A DNA stretch of 64,000 nucleotides from the NCBI GenBank assembly GCA_965287045.1, contig OZ336885.1:37386001-37450000 (forward strand), written 5' to 3'. Within the stretch, counting starts at the first letter, position 1; each line of letters opens with the position of its first letter. The notes beneath the pieces are model-generated. The model was not told the origin of the DNA. It saw nothing but the letters and a program-made list of their open reading frames with translations, and searched no databases. The position numbers and the translations under genes were made by a program. Shown here one piece after another: positions 1-13,840 of the stretch. Origin of the DNA: Carcharhinus amblyrhynchos. Lineage: Eukaryota.

Positions 1-135
1 ACCTGCATGCCCTTCTTTTTTAGATACTGAGGAACTGCCACTTGATCAAGAACTCACAGGAAAGCCTCAAGTCCAAGAAGTCAAGACACTAATGAAACAT
101 TCTCATGGCCATTAGCTTTGGTACTGCACCAAACA

Positions 136-310
136 TGGAATCATAGAACCCCTTCAGTACAGAAGGAGGCCATTCGACCCAATGAGTCTTGTACCAACCA
201 CATTTCACCCAGCCCCTATTCCCATAACCCTACACATTTACCCTACTAATCCCCTTAACACTAGGGTCAATCAACATGGCCAATCAGCCTAACCTGCACA
301 TGTTTGGATA
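136..310 (-). mobile_element. HE1/V-SINE-like SINE, 3' part (CR1-type tail)
   Basis: Reverse complement of the SINE tail (atcatagaaccc...gaaggaggccattcg...ggccaatcagcctaacctgcacat) seen in many other copies in this window. Confidence 0.85.
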
Positions 311-319
311 CACAAGTTT

Positions 320-1320
320 TAGAGAGTATTGGAAAGGCAGGTTGTGCATGCAATGAAACATCGGGCACAAGTGGGCTGAAATTAGCGTGGAAAGAAAGGA
401 TAGTGTGGCTGTCAGCTTCCCAGAGGGTCAAGTCACACACAGGTTGTGCTGCTGAAGGCTCAGATGATGGCTTCAGTGGGGCTGATGGGCCTGTACCTAA
501 AATGTTTGGTGCATTGGCAGGGCTGCCAGAAAACTTGCTTATCGTTACCAAAGAACAGAGAGGAGCCCAACTCTTTTCTGGCACAGGATTTTGCACAAGA
601 GTTTGGAACTCATCTTTTCCAGTGGAAGATTGTGATCAACTCATTAAAAGCATTTGTGGGCCCCAGCGTGATGCAGTGTCTAGTGGTTGATATCTCAGTT
701 TCCATCTCAGCATAAGCAGAAGGCACTAAACATCAATCTGTAGTAGTGAAAACTCAGACTCAGATCATGGTGTGTTGATACCTAATACAGTTTCCCACGT
801 CCCCTCGCCCCACAATCTGCTCTGATTTACAAGCTAAAGATGATATAAATGTCCACTGAGTGCATACTTACCTCTGTTGCCATGCCGATTCAACCTGTAG
901 CTGACATCATGGCTGCAAATACCAATGCTTGAAGAGGCTTTCAGACTCTCACGGCGTTTCAGTAATCTCAATTCTAGCTGATATTGCTGCTGTGCCACCC
1001 AAGGGAATGGCGGTGTTTCCATGGAGGCCAACCTGCTGTCCTTTCTCAGGATGACTGTAGTTGTGCAATTTCCTGGTGCCCTTACCAGCGCCTGTCAACT
1101 GATAATGCCAGATTGCTGCCATCCATGCTGAGGTGTAGCTGTCTAAAGCAGGGCCTCCATGGTCCATCAGTTGCTTCACGGCATATTGCAAGTTCATTTC
1201 CAATTTGCTCTACTGAAAATCAGAGGCCTTCCACCAGCCATGTTGCAGCCACTGGACAAATGCTGCATTGGAGCATTAGGACAGGCAAAGCAAGCACTAA
1301 GGAATGCACAAGCGTAATTA
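320..1320 (-). mobile_element. Highly degraded Nimb/I-clade LINE ORF2 C-terminal region (post-RT/RNase H)
   Basis: Frameshifted minus-strand translations give LRLC..., GGRPLIFSR..KLEMNLQYAVK and ETPPFPW. These resemble recalled I/Nimb motifs (LRLCxGAF...GExPLxLRR..L.YxxK, then PPW before RNase H). Many stops. Confidence 0.45.
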
Positions 1321-2426
1321 ATTGACTATTAATATTAGATGGCTTTTCGGATAAAGTTAGTGTGGGTTGTTTGTTCTGTGGTGGCTTTTGTTTCAGCATT
1401 TGGAGTCAAGGAGGAACAGTGATGGTCTATAACAAAGGGGTGGCTCCTTTAAAGAACTCATTTTGCGCCATGTCTAGGACTGCTTTTCCTGTGAGCAGCC
1501 AGTGCTCGTGCTGGCTGCTCACAATCCCTGATTTCAGTTCAGGTAAGAATGGGCACATGACAATGATCTAGGGATGGCAAAAAGTAGTTTTTGAACACTC
1601 TCCAACTACTATGCTGGGAATGTGCATGTGGTTGTTGGACAAGGACAGAGTTGAGCTTGCTCGAATGGACCTCTACCATCTACTGTCAAGCTTCGCTGAT
1701 GAGGAATAGCTACATGACCAAGGTACTGTAGGGAGATGAATACCTATGGAATTGTAGCATTCCAAGTTCAAGGACTAAAAGCCTTCATGATTGGAAAAGG
1801 GGATGGGAGAAGCCTAGCAGAGAAAGACACAATTAGTCAATGTAAAAACAGCATTTACTGCATTTTATGAGCACCCATATGTTAATTAGACAACCGATTT
1901 TTAAAATCACTGAGTTTATAAATGGCTTCCATGCGCTAAATGAACACCAGGGCTAGTTATTGGTGCTGACAGATGTTTGCTAATGAATAACATATACAAA
2001 AGGGGTACATATCCTACTCTTACCACTTTTACATTACATACACTTCAGATTTTTCATGTTTGTTTTTATCAGGGGAAAATTGGAGTTAAATGTATAATGT
2101 AAATCTGAAATGTATCAGCTCTGACTTCTCCAGCTCACTATCCCGACCAGAAAAATTCTACAAGAAACAAACATCCAAGTGCAGTAATATACGCGTGTAT
2201 AATTTCCATCTACTTATGAATGAATAAATTACTGTGGTCTCAATTAGGAATAAGTAAGGTAACAAAAGTGTGGGGCCCCTGTTGTGTGATCAAAACTGAA
2301 CTGAAACAGTCAGGACGCTTTCTGCTTATTTAAGAAATCATAAAAGACCATAATATGCTTGGATGTGCTTTCAACATATACATATATATATAGATCACAC
2401 ATCGTTAACTATTTTGCTCTCTTTAG

Positions 2427-2541
2427 ACATCCTGTACAGACATCAACTGTGTCATAGACGAGGAGAAAGATAGCACACTCTCCAGCATTTGGCAATAAAA
2501 CTTTAAAAGTGGTTGCAATGAACTGGACACTATTCATTTTG
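2427..2541 (+). other. Candidate exon (UTR-like or non-coding)
   Basis: Acceptor ttttgctctctttag at 2412-2426 and donor gtagga at 2542. All three frames have stops, but the segment ends in ATG-AAC-TGG-ACA-CTA-TTC-ATT-TTG (MNWTLFIL). Confidence 0.25.
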
Positions 2542-3374
2542 GTAGGAAGAATAAGGAGGTCAGATACACAATTTGTAATGTAATAACTGGCCACAGTTCA
2601 GGACCTTTGCCCAGTCCCACAGCTATAATTGAATTTTCGGTATGTTTGACAATGTGTTGACTGGTGTCTCAGCATATTGTGCTGTTCAGTATTGTGACTC
2701 ATGCTGGAATAATTTCTTCTTTTGTAACTGGCTTACTGTTACTAGCTTGTAGCATATATATCTGCTAATATTTGGTAAAAGGTTTCTCCAAAAGCATAAA
2801 ATGGATTAGCGTTAATTACATTAGAGTCAATCAGCTAATGAAGTTTTAACCAAGAATCTAACTTAGGAACTTTCGGTTTGCATGGCTTAGGCAACACTTC
2901 ACACATAAAGGGAGTTAGGGTTGCATTTTAGAGAATCTTAACTCAACGATAACTTAATCCTGCTACAAAATTCAAGTCTGCCAAAAACATGAGTCAATTA
3001 ACTCTTACCATTTCCTGTGCTGAAATTGTAATTCTTGGCAACTTTATTTTCAACATCAGCAATGGTTTGGCTTTTGTTCTGAATGATTAGACTGGTGTTG
3101 AAGGGTATCAATGCAAGTATTATTTTTCACAGAATTGGACAGTGTTGGTAGAAAAGAATTGGGAATTTTGTGCAGGTTTGTAAAAGTGTGCTGTGAAACT
3201 TATATAAGTTTGTAGAAGTCAGATGTTTTTACAGATTTCCTGTCACACCAATACTAATGTTGAGTCCTTTGCTGTTGAAATGATTCAAGAGTAATTGTCA
3301 GTCAACCTATTTGTATTCATAATTGGCCTGGTGGTTCAGCTCACCTCCCAGCCTACAGGGTAAATTCAATGATG

Positions 3375-3680
3375 CTATGAGAGAATCCCTACAATGCAGA
3401 AGGATGCCATTCAGTTAATTGAGCCTGATAACAATTCCACCCAGGCCCTACCACCGTAACCCCGCATATTTTACTTTGCTAACCCCCGTGACAGTAAAGG
3501 ACAATTTTACATGGCCAATCAAGCTAACCTGCACATCTTTGGAGTGTGGGAGGAAACTGGAACACCCAGAGGAAACCCACTCGGAAATAGGGAGATCGTG
3601 CAAACTCCCCAAAGACAGTCATCCAAATTGAACTCAGGTCTCTGGCATTGTGAGGCAGTAGTGCTAAGTACTATGCCACA
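3375..3680 (-). mobile_element. HE1/V-SINE-like SINE (CR1-type tail)
   Basis: Full head (gtggcatagtacttagcactactgcctcaca), V-core (gggtttcctctgggtgttccagtttcctcccac) and tail on the minus strand. Confidence 0.9.
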
Positions 3681-5013
3681 ATGATGTTTATTTTCTTGCT
3701 TTTATCCCCATTCTTCTTTTTATGCCAGTAATCAAATCTGGTTCAGCATGTAGGTTGAGTGGATAGCAAGATATACAGATTAGGGGCATCCAAGTCTCAT
3801 AATCTGGACTCTGCTGAAATGGGTGATCTCAATGCAGCAATACACATGACACAATTGGCCTCAGTATCTTTGGTTGAGGAGAAAGTGGAGAGGGAAAAAT
3901 GAAGTGGCAATGAAAAACTTAAATTATTCTAGTTGGCATTCCTGCTTCACCTTACACCTGATCTGATACTGTCCTTTCTCTATTCCAATATGTATATATA
4001 TTATCCTGCTGTTTAAATAAAAATCACCTTCCAAGCCAACTTCATAGCACAAGATACATTTGGTTGAAAATCTTCATCTCATTTGCTTTCATGTTTCCAG
4101 AATATTAACTCCAATGTTCTTTCATCAATGTTTCTCATCATTTTCTAAATGAGTCAGTGTTCTGGTCTCATCTTTTTTCTTGGCAGCTCATTGCAGCTAT
4201 TGATTACTATCTAGGGAACGAAATACTTTCTGATATCTATCCTTCATTTATATATTACCAACCTGTCTTGTCTTGTCCTGCTTTTCTAGTGTTTTGGTTT
4301 ATTTTCACTATTTGTTTTGATGTCTCTTTTTCAAGACTAAAGCCCTATCTAATGAAATGTTCCTTCATAGCTTTTCCCTCCTCTCTTATTCTGTCTTAGG
4401 CAATCTCTTAGCATTGAAGATAATTACTTCCATTCCAGTTTGATAGTTCCAAGATAGGTGATAAGTCCAATGCGTGATCTCAGACTCCCACACACACAGT
4501 AAGTGGTGCTTGAAGGATTGGGTAGATGAGTTGTTTGCAGGTTTGTATACTCCCTTTGCTGTCTCCATCTCTGCTCTCCAAGTTCTCAATGAAGTATCTC
4601 AATGTATTTGGTGCTTTCCCAAAAGAGCCATCCCCCATTTTAGCTGGTCACAAACCACGGTCTCCCATAAGTCGGTGGGTATGTTTCACCTCAGGAATGC
4701 TTTGAGGACAGCCTGAAGGCAGGGACTCCCTTCCTGGGAGTCTCCTGCCAGAGCCAGGTTCTGAGTAGAACAATTGCTTTGGGAATCTACTGTTAGGCTA
4801 CCAAATGACATATCCTGCCTAGTGGAGCTGGTTTTTCCATGATGAGCTTGGCAGAGGACATTGCTGTTGGACTGCCTTTCTTCCCATCCAGAGCATTTTG
4901 CTTCATCCATGCAGGCATATATCTCTCTGTCGTCAAGAGACTAAATACTCTAGGTGATCACAGGTGGCCTGAGGGACAGAGGAGTGCTTGTCTTCAGACA
5001 ATGGGGGCTTGGG

Positions 5014-6000
5014 CATTTATATAGATGATCTGGAGGAGGGAACCGAGTGTATGGTGTCGAAATTTGCTGATGACACCAAGATTGGTGGAACGGCAAATTG
5101 CGCGGAGGGTGTGGAGAGTCTGCAGAAGGATCTAGATAGGCTGGGTGAATGGGCCAGGAACTGGCAAATGGAATTTAATGTTGGCAAGTGCGAGGTGGTC
5201 CACTTTGGTAGGAATAATGGTATGAAGGACTATTACTTACGTGGCGAAAAACTGCAGCAGGCGACGGTGCAGAGGGACCTCGGGGTCTTTGTGCATGAGT
5301 CGCAAAAACCCAGCCTGCAGGTGCAGCAGGTGGTCAGGAAGGCTAATGGGATGCTGGCCTTCATCGCGAGGGGGATTGAATATAAAAGTAGGGAGGTCTT
5401 GCTGCAGCTGTATAGGGCATTGATGAGGCTGCAGCTGGAGTACTGTGTGCAGTTTTGGTCGCCGCACTTACGCAAGGATATTTTGGCCTTGGAGGGAGTG
5501 CAGAGGAGGTTTACTAGGCTGATGCCGGAGTTGAGGGGGTTGAGCTATGAGGAGAGGCTGAATAAACTAGGCTTGTACTCGTTAGAGTTTAGAAGAATGA
5601 GGGGAGATCTCATTGAGATATATAAGATGATGAATGGGATGGATAGGGTAGAGGTGGAGAGACTCTTCCCGCTCAGAAAGGACAGTAGGACTAGAGGGCA
5701 CAGCCTCAAGATAAAGGGGGGGGTGGTTTAGAACAGAGTTGAGGAGGAACTTCTTCACTCAAAGGGTGGTGAATCTCTGGAATTCTCTGCCCGTTGAAGT
5801 GGTGGAGGCTGCCTTGCTAAATATCTTTAAGACGCGGGTTGATGGGTTTTCGATAAGCGAGGGGATTAAGGGTTATGGGGAGAGGACGGGAATGTGGAAC
5901 TGAGCCACGACAGATCAGCCATGATCTTATTGAATGGCGGGACAGGCTCGAAGGGCTAGATGGCCTACTCCTGCTCCTATTTCTTATGTTCTTATGTTCT
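5014..6000 (+). mobile_element. CR1 LINE, 5'-truncated young copy (ORF2 RT C-terminus + 3'UTR)
   Basis: ORF 4988-5731 has KFADDTK, YCVQFWSP and LGLYSLEFRRMRGDL. The element ends in (TTCTTATG)n at 5981-6000 and is nearly identical to 16474-17712. Confidence 0.97.
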
Positions 6001-6589
6001 CTTAGGGCACTTAGTTCCACCTCTGAAGATAAATCATCAGCCTTTCTATTACGATTCAAATAGTAGATACTGCTTTGACTACTCAATCATCCAAGGTCAG
6101 ATGCAGGTGCTGGGCCCCATAGGGTTCAGACATCCTGAGGACAAAGACCATACCCAGCCAATGCATCAGAGCCATAAATGCAACAGCCTTTCAGAAAATC
6201 AAGGTGCGGGGAGTGTGGGGGAAGGGTGTGTTGGGGTGGGGTGGGGGGTTTGGGGCAGGGTGGGGGGGTGGGTCGGGGAAGGGGACCTTGTAGAATTTTC
6301 CATCAGCATGCACCTAGATGCATTGAGATTCACAGGGTAATATTAATAACCACACTCACAAACTTGAATTTGATGTAATTAATCAGAATGTTTATTAAAC
6401 TGCATTTGACATTATACACATGTTTCAACCATTGACTGTATGGTCTCTAAAGGTGAGATATTCAAATGCACATGTTTTACTGATGGCCTTTTCACCTTGC
6501 AATCATGGGAACACAAAAATGATGAGGGTTTTCTATGACAGTCAATAACATCAGTTAGGGAGGGAATGTGTTGGTTCATTGTTCCCCTG

Positions 6590-7560
6590 TACTTGCCCCT
6601 AATTAAATGCTTGTGAGAGAGTCAAGTATCTCCTTGACACGTGTGCCAATGTCCTGTTGTCTGGTCCACCAGTACCACCTTTCTTGAGTGGCACCTCCTG
6701 ATTATTCTCCATTGAGGATGTGGTCAGCTTAGCATCTTCCTCTGGCTCTAGCGATGCACCAAGTTGTGCAACGTACAATAAATTATAATGATATGTATAC
6801 ATTTGAGTATAGGTAGTCTAGGGTTCCCCTAAATCCACCGAGGCATTTAAACCTCATCTTCAAAAGGCTAGTGACCACCACGCATAAGGTGGTGGTTATG
6901 TCCTGCTTGTGTGCTAGGGTTGTGTACAGGAGACAGAAGCCATGACTTCAGTGGATGCCATTTGTTTTCTCCACGATCCAGCCACAAAGGCACTTATGTG
7001 ACTTGAAGAGCTGTGGCAACTGGAACTGCCTTAGGATGTAGGATTCATGGCAGCTTCCAGGGAACCTTGCGCATACACTTGCACAAAATGTTTTGATCTT
7101 TGACTGTCACACATCCAGTCAATGACCATCTGCGCTTTGGAAAATCCAGCCATGGCTGTAAAGCCAACAGCACTCTTGGCCTGACTGGTTGTGAACTTGA
7201 TACTTGATGTATTGACCCGTCCGCCTTTAACCCGAAAGAACTCCCCCCACCCACCAGTCCGCCTTTATGGCCATAACCTCGCTGATGCAGTGATGGGCTG
7301 CAGAAGAGAGGTCATGTAGATCACCGAATGATCCCTGGAATGACCCACTGACATAGAAATTGAGTGTCAATTCCACATTTAAGGAAACAGCCATTGGGTA
7401 GCTTCAACTCCTGTTCCATCATTCCACAGATCTCTGCCACCTCTTTAGAAAGGCACATTCTGCTAAGATATTGTGATTGGACATCTTAATGAAGCTGGGG
7501 CCTCTGCCAGTACATCCCTTAAGCCATGTAGCATCTCCTGTGACCCGGCAGCCTTTAATG
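6590..7560 (-). mobile_element. PIF/Harbinger transposase relic (HARBI1-like)
   Basis: Minus-strand translations MAVSLNVELTLNFYVSGSFQGSFGDLHDLSSAAHHCISEV and ARFPGSCHESYILRQFQLPQLF match Harbinger DDE transposase motifs. Frameshifted. Confidence 0.85.
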
Positions 7561-7704
7561 ACCCATGTGTCCTTTTTGGTCACGTCTCATGGCTTCTTCT
7601 GACTGCTGGAACTCCCCTTGCCACTGCATGTCCATTCTCTGATCCATTTATCCCCACATTCTGCATAGACATAGCATTCACTACCTTGACACGCCTAGTG
7701 ATCT

Positions 7705-9780
7705 TTACATACAAACATATAAGGGAGGAGCAGGGGTACATCATGCAGCCCCTCCATTATTCCACCATGTAATAGGATCATGGCTGATCTCGTTTACCTC
7801 AACTCCGCATCCCGCATATTTCCAATAACCCATCGCCCCATTGTTACCAAGAAACTATCTGCATCTGCCTTAAAAATATTCAAAGACTCTGCTTTCACTG
7901 ACTTTTCAGGGACAGAGTTCCAAAGGCTCACAAACCCCTGAGAGAATTTCTTTTGTTTCATCTCTGTTTTAACTGGGCAACCACATTTTCAATAAGTGAC
8001 TCCCAATTCTAGATTGTTCCACAAGAGGAAACATTCTCTCCACATTCACCCTGTGAAGACCCTTCAGGATTTTTTCATGTTTCAGTCAAGTCACCTCTTA
8101 TTATTCTAAACTTCAGTGGATATGAGACTAGCCTATCAAACCTTTCCTCATAAGACAATCTGCCCATCCCAGCTATCTGTTTGGTAAACCTTCTCCGAAC
8201 TGTTTATAATGCATTCACATCCTTCCATAAATAAGATGATCAATTCTGTACATGGTACTCTAGATGCAATTTCACATGTGATCTGTATTACTGGAACATT
8301 GAGTCATACAAGAAGAAAAGGCCCTTTAGCCCATCGGGTCTGCACTAACAATAACTATCACTAAAGGCGCACTAATCCCATTTTCCTGTACTTGTCCCAT
8401 ATCCTTGAATGTTATGATATTTTAAGTGCTCATCCAAATTTTTTTTTATAGGTTGTAAGGTTTCCAGCCTCCACTGTCTTCCTTGCCTCTACTACCTTTC
8501 CAGGCAGTGCGTTCCAGATTCCCATCACTCTCTGTGTCAAAAAGCTTTTTATTAAATCCCCTCTGAATCTCTTGCCCCTTACCCTAAAACTATGCCACCT
8601 CATGATTGACCCCTCTACCAAGTGGAACAGCTGCTCCTTGCTTACCCTGTCCTTGCTTACCCCTCATAGTCTTATTCATTTCAATCATATTCTTGAAAGA
8701 AAACAATCAAAGCCTTTCCGATCTCACCTTATAGCTCAAATGCTCCTTCGCAGGCAACATCCTGGTGAACCTACTCTGTACCCCCTGCTATTGCTATCAC
8801 ATCCTTAACCTCCCTATTTTTGTATCCGTTTTCCCTTGCAATAAATGATAACATTCTATTAGCTTTCCTAATTACTTGCTGTACCTACCTACTAGCCTAC
8901 TGTGATTCAAGCATTAAGACATCCAGATCCCTTTGCATCTTAGAGGTCTGCAATCTCTCACCTATTAGAAAATAAGCTTTGTTTTTTTTGTGGAAATGGA
9001 CAATTTCACATTTTCCCATAACATATTTAATTTGCCAGATCTTTGCCCAGTCGCTTAACCTATCTCTTTGTATCCTCCTTATGTCCTCTCTACAACTTAC
9101 TTTCCTACCTATCTTTGTGTTGTCAGCAAATTTGGCAACGAACCCATCCATTCATTCATCCAAGTGGCTTATATAAATAATAAAATGTTGATGTCCCAGC
9201 ACTGATTCCTGTGGCAAGCCACTCATTACATTTTGTTGACCTGAAAAATACCCATTATGCCTACTCTCTGCTTCCTGTTAGCCATACAATCATCTATCCA
9301 TATCAACATGTTATTTACTATGCCATGAGTTTTTAAAAATTGAAACCAATGCATCAACTAACTAGACACTTCTTTTAAGTTCTTGGGATGAAGTCCATCA
9401 GGATCTGGGCTCTTGTCAGCTGGCAGCTCCAACAATATACAGTGCCACTTCTCTGGTGACTGTAATTTTCCTGCATTCCTCCCTCCTTTCCATTTCATGG
9501 TTTATGGCTTTTTCTGGGTTGTTCCTTGTGCCCTCTATAGTGAAGACTGAGGCAAAGTACCTTTCAATTCATCTGCCATCTCCTTGTTTTCCATTATCGA
9601 CTCTCCAGAGCCAATTTCTATAGTACTGTGAAAACTCACTTTGTTACCTTTTTTCTTTTTTATAAGTATTTCTAGAAACTCTTACTATCTGTTTTAAATT
9701 TCTGGCTAGCTTTCCCTCGTAGTTCTTTTTTTTTCTAGTTATTAATCTTTCCATCATCCTTTGCTGTTCCTGATATTCTT
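7705..9780 (-). mobile_element. Old CR1 LINE fragment with a second CR1 3' end nested at ~8300-8800
   Basis: Minus ORFs 8897-9151 (KFADNTKIG...GKCEIVHF) and 8430-8621 (RVRGKRFRGD...TQRVMGIWNALP). Two separate 3' tails at ~7705 and ~8300. Confidence 0.9.
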
Positions 9781-10461
9781 TGGCTCCTCACTTTGTAGAG
9801 TGTGGCTTATTTGGGACCACACCTTGCTGCCAGGTTCACTGACCCTGATACTGCTGGCTGATTTCTTGCCTTGTTTCGTTTTGCAAGCCTCTGACCCTCT
9901 GTGCTTCTTGTATGCCCCAGGAAAGATTGCAAGTACCAGGTAAAATCCTGCACCATTGCCACCTCAATTATGTAAAGCACCTTCCTCCCTCCATTCAGTC
10001 AGCCATCGACCTGCCATGCCAGCTGCATTCGAAAAAAATCAACCGATGGTGAGAAGTGGAGGGGAATCCTGGCTGGTGCAGACTGGCACAATGATACAGG
10101 GCACCCAACCTCCATTCCCGCCATCATAAGGCAGGTAAAATTCTGCCTATTAACTCTGTTTCTCTCTTCACAGATGCTGCTGAAGTTACTAGTATTTCCA
10201 AGTTTTTAGTACATTTTGAACACATCACTTTTATTCATTACCTTTCATGTGTTTTGTTCCAATTGACCTTCACAATAAGTAATAACATTGGTTGCAGGAT
10301 TATTTAAATCCTGTTCCTTCTTTTCCTAACCAGTTTTTCTGCACCTATGTTCTTGCCACATCTCTTGTCCTGAGGGTGTAGATCTGCTACATGGGGAGGC
10401 ACACATCTCATTTCTGTTGGATAACAGTCAGGGGTAGGAAGCCTGGCCAATTCTCCAATTC

Positions 10462-10580
10462 TAATTTGATTTGATTTGATATTATCACATGTATTAACAT
10501 TCAGTGAAAAGTATTGTTTCTTGGGAACTCTACAGACAAAGTATACCATTCATAGAGAAGGAAACAAGAGGGTGCAGGAA
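10462..10580 (-). mobile_element. Rex1/Babar-type LINE 3' end
   Basis: (TTTGA)n terminal repeat followed by sequence similar to the 3'UTR of the Rex1-like copy at 50955-51405. Confidence 0.6.
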
Positions 10581-10608
10581 GAGTGGCACTGGAGCCAACT
10601 GTAGTCCC

Positions 10609-10641
10609 ATAATAATAGTATAATAATAATATAATAATATA
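10609..10641. repeat. Imperfect (TAA)n microsatellite
   Basis: ataataatagtataataataatataataatata. Confidence 0.8.
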
Positions 10642-11319
10642 GTGCTGATTGAGATCACTTCACTCAGCACAGAAACCTAAATGCATCCTGATTTGTCTAG
10701 CCTAGTTAATTTTTGCCTACATGAGCCCTAAAATTTTACTTTAACAACAACATTTTTCACAATGTAGCTTCATATTTACCAAAATTTGAATGTGCTGAAA
10801 TAAATGTCTGACAAGAATTGCAGCTTGGAGTGGAGCAATTAAATTTAAATAGCACATTAATCACAAAGATGTAAGAAGACACCTCTCCCCCGTATACCAC
10901 CTTACAGCTATGGAATTTCTGAAGCTGACTATCTTGCAGCCATTTAAATTGACTCTGCCAGCTATTTTTATGTGTGAAAATAGCAAGCACAGTCAATTTA
11001 AATGCCCACTCCTCTGTTCAGCAGTATTTTTAAACATTGTAATAGCTACAAATTAATTATTAAGAAAAATGAACATAAATATGAGGGGAGAGTTTCTACT
11101 TCGATGCAATCAGAAGTTACACTCATTTGGAGAACTCTGTTTTTATCCTGAGAGTTGCTGCTCAAACTTATTTGCATTTCAGCAGATGCAAAATCTGTCA
11201 GAAACCTGTGCACTAAAATGTAGTGTTAAAAAAACCTTAGTAAATATTCCAATATAGGTGTGGTAACTTAGTTTAGTTTTCAACAGCTAAAAATGGGTCT
11301 ATCACCAAAGCATTATCAT

Positions 11320-11612
11320 GGGTGGCATGGTGGCACAGTGCTGTCTCACAGTGCCAGGGATCCAGGTTCAATTCCTGGCTTAGGTCACTGTCTGTGTGGA
11401 GTTTACACGTTCTCCTTGTGCCTGCATGGGTTTCCTCTGAGTGCTCCGGTTTCCTCCCACAGTCTGAAAGGTGTGCTGGTTGGGTGCATTGGCCATGCTA
11501 AATTCTCCCTCAGTGTACCTGAACAGGCATGAGAGTGTGGCAACTAGGGGACTTTCACAGTAGCTTCTTTGCAGTGTTAATGTGAGCCTACTTGTGATGA
11601 ATAAAAAAAAAT
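11320..11612 (+). mobile_element. V-SINE-like SINE, alternative tail (type B)
   Basis: tRNA-like head and V-core, then aattctccctcagtgtacc...cacagtagcttc...gcctacttgtga followed by an A-rich end. Confidence 0.9.
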
Positions 11613-11749
11613 CTTTAATCACAATGTCAATCTGTGGGTAACCGGATTTTAAATTATGGAAAAGAGTTGGGGAAAATAAAACCATTTTCTATTTGTCAGC
11701 TTCTTTGTAAATTATAACAAGTACTTGCAAACAGCTTTGAAAACTTGCT

Positions 11750-12810
11750 TTTATTTTGATGTGGAGTTTGCTGGTTAGGCCAACATTTATGACCCATCCC
11801 TTGTTGCCCCTGAGAAGGTCGTGGTGAGCTGTCTTCTTGAACCACTGTAGTCACTGGTATCAGTAAATCCACAGTGCTATTAGGGAGGAAGTTTTAAGAT
11901 TTTGTCCCAGTGATAATGCAGGAACAGTGATATATTTCCAAGTCAGCATGGTGACTGACTTGGAGGGGAACTTCCAGGCGGTGGTGTTCCTATGTGTCTG
12001 CTGCCCATGTCCATCTATATGCTAGTGGTCATGGTTAGAAGGTGCTGCCTAAAAAGCCTTGGTCTTAGTAGATGGTAAATACTGCTGCCGTAGTCTGTCG
12101 GTAGTTGAAAGAGTGAATGTTTGTGGGAGGGGTGCCAATTAAGTGGGCTGCTTTGTCCTGGGTGGTGTCGAGCCTCTTAGTGTTGTTGGAGCTGCTCTCA
12201 TCCAGGCAGAAAGAGAATATCCATCACGCTCCTGACTTGTGCATTGTACATTTTGGACAGTCTTTGGGGAGTCAGGAGATGAGTTCCCAGCTGCAGGATT
12301 CCTAGCCTTTGACCTGCTTGTGAAGACATAGTTTTTATATGGCTAGTCCAGTTCAGTTTCTGGTCAATGGTAAACACCAGGATTTTGATAGTGTAGGATT
12401 CAATGTTGGTAATGCCATTGAATGTCAAGGGGCAATGGTTGGATTCTTTCTTGTTGGAGATGGTCATTGTTTGGAGCTTGTGTGGTATGAATGTTACTTT
12501 CCACTTGTCAGCCCAAGGCTGGATATTGTCCAGATCTTGCTGCATTTGGACATGGATTTCCAAAGAGTGTAAATGGCGATGAACATTGTGTAGGCATCAG
12601 CAAACATCCCCATTTTTGAACTTATGTTGGAAGGAAGGTCATTCATAAAGCTGCTGAAGATGGTTGGGCTTAGGACACTATCCTGATGAACACCTGCACT
12701 AATATTCTGGAACTGAGATGTCTGACCTCTAGCAACCACCACCATCTTCCTTTGTGCTGGGTATGACTCCAACCAGTGGAGAATTTTCTCCCTGATTTCC
12801 CCTTGATCCA
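11750..12810 (-). mobile_element. Jockey-group (CR1/L2-like) LINE, second family, RT C-terminus and 3' end
   Basis: Minus ORFs GVHQDSVLSPTIFSSFMNDLP...MFADA and QQDLDNIQPWADKWKVTF...IDQKLNWTSHI. Confidence 0.9.
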
Positions 12811-13599
12811 AAGTTTGTGAGGGTAGTTAGGACAATGCCCAATAGTGTTCTTATTCCTAAAAGAACTAGCTTAATTTTCAAAGCCTCCTCAAAGGCCTGT
12901 AAACAAATTCCATTAGCAAAAAGCACAATGGTGATTAACTGGCCTGCCCAGTTTTGTTGGCATGTGCTTGGCTTAAAGAGCAATATTTTTTAAGCTAATC
13001 CAAAATGTTGCATAAACTCAATTTGCTTTAAAGGTAATTTGCACTTATAATTTATGATCATTTGCACAATGTTAGGCAAATTGCACCAAAAATAAGTGCA
13101 AATGAATGAAAACTACCTCCATTTTTTTGTAGTTACAAAAGATATACTGAAACAGATACGCAGCCAGTTTTCCATTCAATTAAATTTTAAAAATATTAAC
13201 AATTAATCATCATGATGGTAGAAAACAATAGCCCGTAATTTCTTCAAACCTTGCACCCTAGTAGGAGCACATTTGCAGCTTGAAACACCATTCTAGCAAA
13301 TAAATTAGGGTGCAAGAGATTTATGCTGTTAAAAATACCATGGCATGATTTGCTGGGAGTAGCTGCACGGCTCCACTAACTGACAATAGTGTTGAAGGCA
13401 AATTTGCAGAATGGAAACTGTTTTGATCGCTGTTGCCATTTAGACCATTAAAGAATAGTGCTGGGGTTTGGCAGTGGTGTGATTTATTGCTTCTAGATCA
13501 GTTCCTTTAAACATATTTCCAATACTCAAATAAATTATTTATCATCAGCTTCAGCAATGGCAGTTAGGTCGGAAACATTGCATCAGCCGCTGGAAAACA

Positions 13600-13840
13600 G
13601 TCTCAGCATGTGCTCAGAGAAACAATGTTTGCTTTATTTAATGTTATTACTGTACTTGATCTTGCAAGCTTTGGCAGAAGAGTACGCTTCTTCTGTGTCA
13701 TCAAAAAAACATCTTGATTTGACCTCAAATTTGGAAATCCTGATTATCATCCGCCTCCTCCTCCATTCATCTTTCCTTCCAAGCTTTCTGCTTTTCTTCC
13801 TGCTCATTACTTCACATCCATGAAACTTGCAACCCACTTC
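13600..13840 (-). mobile_element. Harbinger transposase N-terminal relic
   Basis: RRRRMIIRISKFEVKSRCFFDDTEEAYS resembles the RRR..YR.R.SFLDMTEEQC start of HARBI1-like transposases. Confidence 0.45.
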
